Below are positions 27,966-36,215 of a stretch of DNA of 64,000 nucleotides, in pieces (the first letter of the stretch is position 1; each line of letters begins with the position of its first letter). Location of the stretch: positions 1,728,001 to 1,792,000 of the forward strand of contig CP051526.1 of the NCBI GenBank assembly GCA_050916045.1, given 5' to 3'. Position numbers and translations under genes: made by a program. The stretch is from Tepidisphaera sp. Its GTDB lineage: Bacteria; Planctomycetota; Phycisphaerae; Phycisphaerales; UBA1924. Under the pieces are notes generated by a model. The model did no database searches. It saw only the letters and a program-made list of their open reading frames with translations, and was not told the origin of the DNA.

Positions 27966-29210
27966 CTATTTCCGCTGCCAGAGGACCTGCAATTCCGTGA
28001 TCACGCGGGGTTCGGGAGCCTCGCACATCGTCGGAAGATCGATCTTGAGGCCATAGGACGCGAACTTCGTAAACGGGCTGTCCGGGCCTTTCACCGGGAC
28101 CTGCACGTTCGCGGGCCTGAACCCGAGCTCGAGAGCCCGGACCTGCGCGGGCTCGGACATGAGATAGTCGAGGAACTTTCCGGCCGCCTCGCGCTGCTCG
28201 GGAGCGGACCATGGCACGTTCAGCACGTAGTAGGGGTTGTCGTTCCAGAGATTGCGGTCCGGATACACCACGCGGAAGGGTTCCCACCTGCCCTCGGCCG
28301 CCGGGATCATCTCGATCACCGTGCTTTCGTACACGAAGAGGACGTCAAAGCTCGAAGGCCCGCGCTGCACCATCTCCCGCATCAGGTTCCCGGTGCTGTT
28401 CGAGCTTGCCACCGCGGCTTTCATCAGCGGCTTGGACCATCCGAGGTAGTCCGGGTTGCTGACGTCGCCCAGGGTCAGCCCCGAAGTCTTCTGGGCAAAG
28501 TCGTACCCCTGGAGGATCAGCGTCATCAGGCCGCTGTTTGATTCGGCGGGGTTGGTGTGGCCGTACTTGAGGAAGCCCCACGGCTGCTGGGCTTTCTGCT
28601 GTTCATCGGTCAGCCCGCGGATGGCCTGCCACGACCCGTTGCTCTTGCTCAGGGCGTTGGCGATGGCGCGGAACGAAAGCTCCCGCTGTGAAGCGACAAA
28701 CGCTTTGTACCGCTCCTCCCACATCACCCAGACCATCGGCGTAAACGCGAGAAACTCGGCTTTGGCGATCGGGTCGGCTCCGGGATGCTTGAGGGCCCAT
28801 TCGTCGGTGAGGATGGGGCGGTAGATCGCGCTCGCGGGGCTCCAGACGTGGATGTTCTTGGCTTTGTCGTCTCCGCGAAGGACCGCCTGCGCCCCTTCGA
28901 CCGAGCCCATCGGGATGAGCTCGACGCGGATGCCCGCACCCGCCGGGCTTGTCGCGAACTGCTCCACGGCCCAGGTCAGCCAGGCCCGCTTCTCCGTTCC
29001 GTACGCGATGCCGATCGACACGGGCGGCTTGGCCGGCGGGTTGACCGCTTCGGGTGAGGTCGGTCGGTCCGAAGAGGGGGTCCCTCCGCCCGCCACGGGC
29101 TTCCTGAGAAACCAGTACGCGGCTCCGCCGATGCACCCGGCGAAAAACAGGAAGACCACGAGCTTGCCGATGAGGGTGAGACGCTGACCTTCGTTCGTAG
29201 GCTGAGGCAT
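27966..29210 (-). CDS. Membrane-anchored extracellular solute-binding (PBP2-fold) protein
   Basis: N-terminal TM; YGTEK, PMGS, WSPAS, YGHTNPAESNSGL, YESTVIE, LGFRP. Confidence 0.85.
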   Translation of the reverse strand: MPQPTNEGQRLTLIGKLVVFLFFAGCIGGAAYWFLRKPVAGGGTPSSDRPTSPEAVNPPAKPPVSIGIAYGTEKRAWLTWAVEQFATSPAGAGIRVELIPMGSVEGAQAVLRGDDKAKNIHVWSPASAIYRPILTDEWALKHPGADPIAKAEFLAFTPMVWVMWEERYKAFVASQRELSFRAIANALSKSNGSWQAIRGLTDEQQKAQQPWGFLKYGHTNPAESNSGLMTLILQGYDFAQKTSGLTLGDVSNPDYLGWSKPLMKAAVASSNSTGNLMREMVQRGPSSFDVLFVYESTVIEMIPAAEGRWEPFRVVYPDRNLWNDNPYYVLNVPWSAPEQREAAGKFLDYLMSEPAQVRALELGFRPANVQVPVKGPDSPFTKFASYGLKIDLPTMCEAPEPRVITELQVLWQRK

Positions 29211-29227
29211 GGATGCTCCGTGAACTG

Positions 29228-31018
29228 CTAGAAGAAGGTCGCGATTTCCTTGAACACCTTGCGGATGTTCCCCGTGTCGCCCTTGAACGCCCGAGCCTGC
29301 GTGGTGGAGGAGATCTGTTCCAGGATCTTCTGGTCCGCCTCGCCACCGTAGCCGATCATGAAGATCCGCGTGCTTCGCACCTCGGGGTCAAACGCGATCC
29401 GCTTGAGCATCTCCGGGAGCTTCAGCGAGCTGTTGCGATCCTCCCCGTCACTGAGCACGACGATCGCCGTGATCGCTTTGTCGTCCTTGAGGTCCTGAAG
29501 GAAAGCGTGGGCTTCGGCGGTCGCGTCATACATCGCCGTCCCCCCCTCGGCCGTCAGCGAAAGGACGGTTTTCCGGATCTTGTCGCGGCTTTCCCCGACC
29601 GATGCACCCTTCACAAGCCACGTCGGCTTGCTGTTGAACGTCAGCAGCGAGAACGTGTCCTCCTCCGCGAGCAGATCGATCAGCTCCGCGGCTCCCGCCC
29701 TGGCGTTCTGGATCCGCGAGTCCTTGTTCATGCTTCCCGAGACATCAAGCACAAGCACCACGTTCGAACGCTTCTTGTTCTTCTTCCAAAGCGAGATCGC
29801 CCCGTCGATCACGCCCGCTTCGGGAGTCTCAAGCGTGGTCCTCGGCTCCTTCGGGTTGACGCCGTGCGCGAGGTCGATCGGCGAGCCCAGCGGGATCGTG
29901 ACATCCGAAGGTCTGAACCCAAACCGCATCGCCGTCTCCTGCTGAGGCCGGTCCAGCAGATACTCGATGTATGCCTTCGCCCCTTCGCGGTGGGCCGGGC
30001 TCACGTGCGGCAGGTCAACCACGCCGCACGGGTTCTCCGTCCAGAACGTCCCCTCCTTCGGATAGATCGCGACAACCGGGAACGGAGTCTGGTACTTCGC
30101 CGTGTCGTACGACTCGATCACGACGTTCTCGTAAAGCACCGCCGCCGACAGAAACTCCGGCCCCGTGCTGAACATCTTGCGTCCGAAGAACCCCGTCGAC
30201 TCCCCGTAGTGGACGATCGAACGCTGGACCTCCGCCATCTCCTTCGTGACCTCCGGGAGCGCGAGATCCGCCGGCGTCAAGCCCTGCGTCTTCTTCGCGC
30301 CGGCGTACGACAGGGCGATCACGCTCATCAACCCCGAGTTGCTGTACTCCGGATGCGTGTGGCCGAACTTGAACTTGCCCCACTGCGGGAAGCCGTACGT
30401 CGCCCACCCCGCCGGGTCGCGCGTCACCGCCGCGATCTCCTCCCATCCAAGGGGCTTGTCCGGCCATCCCAGCGCCTCGGCCATCGGCTTCCACATCGCG
30501 ATGACCACCGGCGACATCACCAGGTCCTTCGCGTCGCTCACCAGCGGGGTGCCCGACTTTGCCTGCTGCCGTGCGTTGGCGAGCGTGATGAAGGCGCGGC
30601 TCGCGGGGCTGATCAGGTGGGCCTGAAGCCGCCCGCTCAGCGTCTCTTCGACCGCGTCGCCGGACCCCATCGCGATCGGCTCCACCCGGATCGTCCGTCC
30701 GTCGGCCGTCTTCCGCTTGGACTGATTGAATCTCGGCGTGACGTCCTCGATCCAGAGCTTCTTCTCCGAACCGTACGGGAACGTCAGCACCAACTCGTTC
30801 TCGCCGGCCTTCGACTCCGACGGCGAGGACGCCGCACCGGCCGCCTTGTTCGCGTTCTTGGGCGATCGGTCGCAGCTTGTCAAGAATGCGCTAAGCCCGA
30901 CCGACAGCGCGGTCATCAACAGAAAACCACGCAATCCGCGTCTGATTCGCCCGGCGAAGGCTCGCTCTGGGCACCCACGTTCTTTGTCCGCCGCACCCAC
31001 GCACTGGGGTAACCCCAT
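29228..31018 (-). CDS. Lipoprotein: solute-binding domain fused to vWA domain
   Basis: AGGAGG RBS; lipobox-like FLTSC; SBP motifs YGSEK, SPAS, FGHTHPEYSNSGL; MIDAS DVSGSM...TAMYDA...LSDG. Confidence 0.9.
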   Translation of the reverse strand: MGLPQCVGAADKERGCPERAFAGRIRRGLRGFLLMTALSVGLSAFLTSCDRSPKNANKAAGAASSPSESKAGENELVLTFPYGSEKKLWIEDVTPRFNQSKRKTADGRTIRVEPIAMGSGDAVEETLSGRLQAHLISPASRAFITLANARQQAKSGTPLVSDAKDLVMSPVVIAMWKPMAEALGWPDKPLGWEEIAAVTRDPAGWATYGFPQWGKFKFGHTHPEYSNSGLMSVIALSYAGAKKTQGLTPADLALPEVTKEMAEVQRSIVHYGESTGFFGRKMFSTGPEFLSAAVLYENVVIESYDTAKYQTPFPVVAIYPKEGTFWTENPCGVVDLPHVSPAHREGAKAYIEYLLDRPQQETAMRFGFRPSDVTIPLGSPIDLAHGVNPKEPRTTLETPEAGVIDGAISLWKKNKKRSNVVLVLDVSGSMNKDSRIQNARAGAAELIDLLAEEDTFSLLTFNSKPTWLVKGASVGESRDKIRKTVLSLTAEGGTAMYDATAEAHAFLQDLKDDKAITAIVVLSDGEDRNSSLKLPEMLKRIAFDPEVRSTRIFMIGYGGEADQKILEQISSTTQARAFKGDTGNIRKVFKEIATFF

Positions 31019-31088
31019 GATGCCTCCTGAGCCCGGAGGTCATTCCGGGACTACAGGGTGCATTCTATCCGAAATGCAGCCGTCGAAA

Positions 31089-32099
31089 TCAACCCTTCCG
31101 GGCGACCCAGCCGTACTCGACGTACTCGTTCGTCAGCGTGCCGTCGTCCATCAGGTCAAGCACGGCGTACCCCGGCTGGCAGGTGCGGTTGGGGCCCTTC
31201 CACCAGCCGCCGCTCACCGCTCCGTTGCAGAAGTACTTGACGCCGTTGTACTCCACGCGATCGAGGAGGTGGATGTGCCCCGCGACGCACGCTTTGACGT
31301 GCGTGTGCTTCTGGAAGAGGGCGCTGAGCTTGGGGAAGTCGGTGTGCATCTTGCCCCCGGCGAGCACGCGGTCGCCCGTCGCGTTCGTCTTGAGGCCCTC
31401 AAGGGGCGTCACCGACAGGATCGGAGCGTGCGAGAGGATGAGCGTCGGCTTGGTTGTCGCCGCGAGGTCCTTCTCAAGCCAGTCGAACTGCTCATCGTCG
31501 AGGAACGCTTCGTACCCGTTGGGGTCGTTCTTGTCCTCGCGGATGCTGTCGAGGACGATGAAGTGCCATCCGCCCTGGTCCTTGCTCGTGTACGGCTTGT
31601 CGCGCTGGAACTGCTCGCAAGCCCAGGCTTTGCCCCAGCCCTTCTCGTCGCCGGTGGTCTTGCTCTTGCCCTTGTGCCAGCCCCAGATGTCGTGGTTGCC
31701 CAGAGCGCTGAGCATCGGGGCCTGATGGGCGTCCTTCACCGTCGCGTTCCAGAGGTCCCAGAGGGCTTTGGAGCGGCCGTGCTCCTGCTCGAAGGAATCC
31801 ATGATCGTGTCGCCGCCGGTCAGGATGAGGTCGGCGGGCTCTTTCATCGCGGCGATGTGCTTGAGGCACGCCGAGACGCCTTCGTTCGCGGCGAGCTCGG
31901 GCTGGATGTGCATGTCGGTCATGTGGACGACGCGGAGGGCCCGCTTGGGCCTGCTCATGGGCGTAGCAAGCGGCGTGGCGAAGGGGGAAGCGGCCTTGGC
32001 CGCCAGCCCGGTCATCAGCAGCCCGGCGGAGAGGCCGGCGGCGGTGCCCAGGAGCGAGCGGCGGGAAAGGTTGGAATGGTGGGTCGGGGTGGTGTCCAT
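31089..32099 (-). CDS. Tat-exported metallophosphoesterase (calcineurin-like)
   Basis: Tat motif SRRSLL; DMH, GGD, GNHD, SHAP, GHIH. Confidence 0.9.
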   Translation of the reverse strand: MDTTPTHHSNLSRRSLLGTAAGLSAGLLMTGLAAKAASPFATPLATPMSRPKRALRVVHMTDMHIQPELAANEGVSACLKHIAAMKEPADLILTGGDTIMDSFEQEHGRSKALWDLWNATVKDAHQAPMLSALGNHDIWGWHKGKSKTTGDEKGWGKAWACEQFQRDKPYTSKDQGGWHFIVLDSIREDKNDPNGYEAFLDDEQFDWLEKDLAATTKPTLILSHAPILSVTPLEGLKTNATGDRVLAGGKMHTDFPKLSALFQKHTHVKACVAGHIHLLDRVEYNGVKYFCNGAVSGGWWKGPNRTCQPGYAVLDLMDDGTLTNEYVEYGWVARKG

Positions 32100-32142
32100 G
32101 ATCGGCAGCATACCACGCGGTGGAATCGGCTACGCTCGCGGC

Positions 32143-34161
32143 ATGCGGGTTTCACAGGATCTCAGCGCGGCGAAGTGGACCGTCCGAGCGGTGGGGGCCG
32201 TGGGGGGGGCGGTGGGGGAGCTGTCGCGGGTCCCGGACGCGGTCCGCGAGCGCGTGGTGCGAGGCATCCCCGCGACGCTCCTTCCCGAGGTGGGCGGATG
32301 CGTGCATACGGATCTCATCGACGCCGGCCTCATCGGCGACCCGGCGATCGGGATGAACGAGCACTCGTGCGAGTGGGTCTCGTGGACCGACTGGTGCTAC
32401 GAGTGCGAGTTTGATGCGGGCGATGACCTTCTCGCCCACCACGCGATCGAGCTTGTCTTCGAATCCCTCGACACGATCGCGATGGTCGAGCTCAACGGCA
32501 TCCTCGTCGGGAATGCGGCGAACGAGTTCATCCCGCACCGGTTCAACGTGAACGCGGCGCTCCGAAAGGGGACCAACCTCCTCCGCATCACGTTCACAAG
32601 CCCCCTGCGTCACGCGTACGACCTCGCGAAGACGCTGGGCCTGCCGCACAACGGGGATGAGTCCGCTCCGCCGTGGCATCCGTTCAACATGATACGGAAG
32701 TGCGCGAGCAACTTCGGCTGGGACTGGGGGCCGAGGGTCCCGACGTGCGGCTTTGGTGGCCCGGTTCTCCGAACCGGATCTCCGGCCCACGCGCCCGGTT
32801 CGGAGAACCGGGCCACCAAGGAGAACCTGCCCGCGAGAAGCCCGGCCATCGCGTTCGACCCGTTGAACTTCGTCTTCACCCGCAACAACAAACCCATCTT
32901 CTGCAAGGGCGTGAACTGGATCTCCGAGGGGCTTTGGCCGCGGGACCGGACGCGAGCCAAGATCCGCGCGAGGCTGGAGCAGGCCAAAGCCATGGGCTGC
33001 AACATGATCCGCGTCTGGGGCGGGGGTCGGTACGAGTCGGACGCGTTCTACGAGATCTGCGATGAGCTCGGCCTGATGGTCTGGCAGGACTTCATGTTCG
33101 CGTGCGCGTGCTATCCCGAGGAAGAGCCCTTCCGCTCGCTCATCGAGGCCGAAGCACGCTACCAGGTCGCACGCCTCTCCAAGCACCCCTGCATCGTCCT
33201 CTGGTGCGGCGGCAACGAGAACCACTGGGCCCACGAATCCTGGGGCTTCGGGGCCCGCGTGGCCCCCGGACGCGGCTGGGGCAAAGCCTACTGGCAGGAA
33301 TTGCTCCCCCGGATCGTCAAGGAACTCTCCCCGCACACGCCGTATGTCCCCGACTCCCCGTGGTCGCCCCCCACCACTCCGCCAACCCACCCCAACGCGA
33401 CCGAAGTGGGGGACCGGCACACATGGGACCTCTTCGGCGAGGATTTTTACGCACACATCCCTCGGTTCTGCTCGGAGTTCGGCGTCCAGAGCCCCTCGAA
33501 CCTGCCAACCCTGCGCGAAGCGGACCTTCTGGAGAGCCCGACGGCCACCAACGGCCGCCCGTCGGCCGTTGGCGAGCGGTCGTCGGCCGTCGACGACCGT
33601 TCGTCGGCCTCTGACGACCGCTCGCCGGAGGCTGGCGACCGCCCGTCGGAGTTTGGCGGCGGCTCAACGAACGTCGACGAGCGGCCGATGAAGGTTGGCG
33701 GGGCTTCTGAAGCGTTGGTGTCCAAGGCTCTGCTCGCGCGGCAGCGGGGGCCCGGTGGCATGGCTCGCTGGTACGACGAGTTCTTCGCCAAAGCCGGAGG
33801 AGTGGGGGTGAGGCCACCGGCGACGTTCGAGGAGTGGCACGCGCAGGCGCAGAAGCTGCAAGCCGACTGGCTCGAACTCGCCGTGATCTGGCTGCGAGCG
33901 AACGCGCCGACGTGCTCGGGGGCCCTCATCTGGCAGCTCAACGATGCGTGGCCGGGGTTCTCCTGGTCGCTCATCGATGCGGCGGGGCGGGAGAAGCCCG
34001 CGTACCACGCCGTGAAGCGTGCCTTCGCCGATCGGCTCGTCGCGACCGTCCCCTTTGACGGCGTCCCGCACCTCGTCGCGATCAACGACACGGATGAAGC
34101 GTGGGAAGCCGAGCCCGGCTGGGTGGTGGGGGCCCGCTCGGTCGCCCGCAAGCCCGTTTGA
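32143..34161 (+). CDS. GH2 beta-mannosidase-like glycoside hydrolase (compact, with in-frame insertions)
   Basis: ESLDT, FGWDWGP, KGVNW, NMIRVWGGG, WQDFMFAC, WCGGNE (acid/base), SEFG (nucleophile), WQLNDAWP. ATG 32143. Confidence 0.88.
   Translation: MRVSQDLSAAKWTVRAVGAVGGAVGELSRVPDAVRERVVRGIPATLLPEVGGCVHTDLIDAGLIGDPAIGMNEHSCEWVSWTDWCYECEFDAGDDLLAHHAIELVFESLDTIAMVELNGILVGNAANEFIPHRFNVNAALRKGTNLLRITFTSPLRHAYDLAKTLGLPHNGDESAPPWHPFNMIRKCASNFGWDWGPRVPTCGFGGPVLRTGSPAHAPGSENRATKENLPARSPAIAFDPLNFVFTRNNKPIFCKGVNWISEGLWPRDRTRAKIRARLEQAKAMGCNMIRVWGGGRYESDAFYEICDELGLMVWQDFMFACACYPEEEPFRSLIEAEARYQVARLSKHPCIVLWCGGNENHWAHESWGFGARVAPGRGWGKAYWQELLPRIVKELSPHTPYVPDSPWSPPTTPPTHPNATEVGDRHTWDLFGEDFYAHIPRFCSEFGVQSPSNLPTLREADLLESPTATNGRPSAVGERSSAVDDRSSASDDRSPEAGDRPSEFGGGSTNVDERPMKVGGASEALVSKALLARQRGPGGMARWYDEFFAKAGGVGVRPPATFEEWHAQAQKLQADWLELAVIWLRANAPTCSGALIWQLNDAWPGFSWSLIDAAGREKPAYHAVKRAFADRLVATVPFDGVPHLVAINDTDEAWEAEPGWVVGARSVARKPV
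32753..32819. repeat. REP-like doublet: 25-bp perfect inverted repeat inside CDS
   Basis: TTGGTGGCCCGGTTCTCCGAACCGG-17 nt-CCGGTTCGGAGAACCGGGCCACCAA. Each arm is GTGG followed by an internal hairpin. Confidence 0.9.
33556..33702 (+). repeat. 7 x 21-bp degenerate coding tandem repeat
   Basis: RPSAVGE RSSAVDD RSSASDD RSPEAGD RPSEFGG GSTNVDE RPMKVGG. Confidence 0.85.
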
Positions 34162-34212
34162 CAGCCAATGAAACGCTTACACCTTGGCACTGCCCGTGGG
34201 TATCATCCGCCC

Positions 34213-35214
34213 ATGAAGATCCTCATCGCGGACAAGTTCGAGAAAGCGGGCGTCGATGGTCTCAAGGCTCTGGGGTGCGAGGTCATCTCCGAGCCCGATG
34301 CGGGCGTCGACGGCATCCCCGCCGCCCTGACCAAGCACAAGCCCACCGTCCTCGTCGTCCGCTCGACGAAGGTCCCCGCCGCGAGCGTCAAGGTCGCGGG
34401 AGAGGTCGGGGTCAAGGTCATCGTGCGGGCCGGGGCGGGCGTGGACAACATCGACATCGGGGCCGCGACGGGGATCGGCGTCAAGGTCTGCAACTGCCCG
34501 GGGACCAACGCCATCGCGGTCGCGGAACTCACGTTCGGCCTGCTCCTCGCGTGCGACCGTCGGATCGTCGATCAGACGCTCGACGCCCGCGCGGGAAATT
34601 GGAACAAGAAGGAGTACGGCAAGACCGGAGCCGGCGGGGCCAAGGGCCTCAAGGGCATGACGCTCGGCGTCGTCGGGGCGGGCGCGATCGGGCGGGCCGT
34701 CGTCAAGCGGGCCGTCGCCTTTGAGATGAAGCCCGTCATCTGGTCGCGCTCGATCACGCAGGAACACTGCCGCGACCTCGGTGCCGAGTGGGGCGGGAAC
34801 GACACCCCGGCGCTGCTGGCTCTCGCCCCGCGCTGCGACGCCGTCACCGTCCACCTTCCCCTCGCGCCCGACACGAAGGGCCTCATCGGCAAGGGGTTCC
34901 TGGACGCGATGAAGCCCAACGCGATCATCATCAACACCAGCCGCGGCGGCCTGATCGATGAAGCCGCTCTCCGCGAAGCGATCGCGGCCAAGGGCCTGCG
35001 AGCGGGGCTTGACGTCTGGGAGAACCAGCCCGGCCAGGCCGCCACCGAGCCCGGCCAGTGGAACAGCGAGACGGCGAAACTGACCAAGGTCGTCGCGACC
35101 CACCACAGCGGTGCAAGCACCGACCAGTCCCAGGACGCCATCGCCCGCGAGGTCGTCCGCATGATGGGCGTCTTCCACGCGACGGGCCGCGTCGAGAACT
35201 GCGTCAACGCGTAA
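34213..35214 (+). CDS. D-2-hydroxyacid dehydrogenase (SerA/PGDH-like, no ACT domain)
   Basis: RAGAGVDNID, NAIAVAEL, GAGAIG, NTSRG, DVWENQP, THHSGAST. Confidence 0.85.
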   Translation: MKILIADKFEKAGVDGLKALGCEVISEPDAGVDGIPAALTKHKPTVLVVRSTKVPAASVKVAGEVGVKVIVRAGAGVDNIDIGAATGIGVKVCNCPGTNAIAVAELTFGLLLACDRRIVDQTLDARAGNWNKKEYGKTGAGGAKGLKGMTLGVVGAGAIGRAVVKRAVAFEMKPVIWSRSITQEHCRDLGAEWGGNDTPALLALAPRCDAVTVHLPLAPDTKGLIGKGFLDAMKPNAIIINTSRGGLIDEAALREAIAAKGLRAGLDVWENQPGQAATEPGQWNSETAKLTKVVATHHSGASTDQSQDAIAREVVRMMGVFHATGRVENCVNA

Positions 35215-35222
35215 AGCCGCCG

Positions 35223-36197
35223 TCAGTCCTGCTTCGGGTCTGTCGAGGGGCTGATCGCCACTTCGTCCGCCAGGTCGCCCGGCACGGTGATGCTCCGCAC
35301 GGCTTTCTTGTCCTCGCCCACGACCAGCGGCACGCGGATGTCGAGCATCCCCGCGACGGTGGTCGCGATGCACGCCGCCCGCCACGGCGCGAGCGGTCCC
35401 CCGCCGAGTCCGCCCAGCGGTCGCACCGTGCCGTCCTGAAGCACCACGGCGAGCTCGTGCGGCGTGGCGGCGAAGTTCGCGACCTGCGCCGGGTACACCG
35501 TCAGCAGACGCGAAGCTCCGAAGAGCGCCGCGTCCTGCATCACGATCTGCGGCCCGGCTTCCCCTTCTTCGATCGTCCACTGGTACGCGCTTCGGGAGAA
35601 GGCAAACCGGGCCATCCACCACGCGAAGCCCCCCGCGAAGAAGAGAAGCTTGACCACGGAGTACTTCGGCTTGGGCGCCGTCAGCGCGGCGTGCGTGAGC
35701 GCCACCGACGCAACCACGATGGCCGCCGCGGCGATCAGCGCCCCCAGCCGAGCGAGCTTGAAGGACGCCAGCGACTGCGCCCGCGCGACGTGAAGCCGGT
35801 CCGTGTCCGCATCGATCACCACCCAGCCCCCGGCACGGTCCCCTTCCGTCACCGGCACCACCGGCGACAGAAGCGGGTCCGCCACCGCCGTGATGCGGGT
35901 CATCTTCGCCAGACGCCGTCCCGAAAGCACGCCGACGAACCCCACCGCAATCAGCAGCAGCCCCGCCGTGACGAACGACCCCACCGCGATCCCCATCGAC
36001 ATCGACGAGGGACGGGGCGTTCCGACCGCGATTGCTCCCGCAATCACCGCGGCGACCAGACCGACCAGGAGCGAGACCGCGATCCGTCGGTGCGCCGTCG
36101 GCCGGCCCAGCCCGCGCAGGACGCGAAGCTCCTCGGCCGTCGCGGCACGCCGCTCAACCTCCGCCTTCGCCGGTTTCTTCGGCCAACTCCACGCCAT
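35223..36197 (-). CDS. Hypothetical membrane protein (4 TM)
   Basis: AAGGA RBS; two hydrophobic hairpins; co-oriented directly after the AI-2E gene. Confidence 0.7.
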   Translation of the reverse strand: MAWSWPKKPAKAEVERRAATAEELRVLRGLGRPTAHRRIAVSLLVGLVAAVIAGAIAVGTPRPSSMSMGIAVGSFVTAGLLLIAVGFVGVLSGRRLAKMTRITAVADPLLSPVVPVTEGDRAGGWVVIDADTDRLHVARAQSLASFKLARLGALIAAAAIVVASVALTHAALTAPKPKYSVVKLLFFAGGFAWWMARFAFSRSAYQWTIEEGEAGPQIVMQDAALFGASRLLTVYPAQVANFAATPHELAVVLQDGTVRPLGGLGGGPLAPWRAACIATTVAGMLDIRVPLVVGEDKKAVRSITVPGDLADEVAISPSTDPKQD

Positions 36198-36215
36198 GCC
36201 GGATCGGTTCCTTCT

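Noticed and set aside
33556..33702. CRISPR array (also considered 6983-7234 and 12832-12887)
   Set aside because: The repeats are contiguous, degenerate and lack unique spacers, and there are no cas genes.
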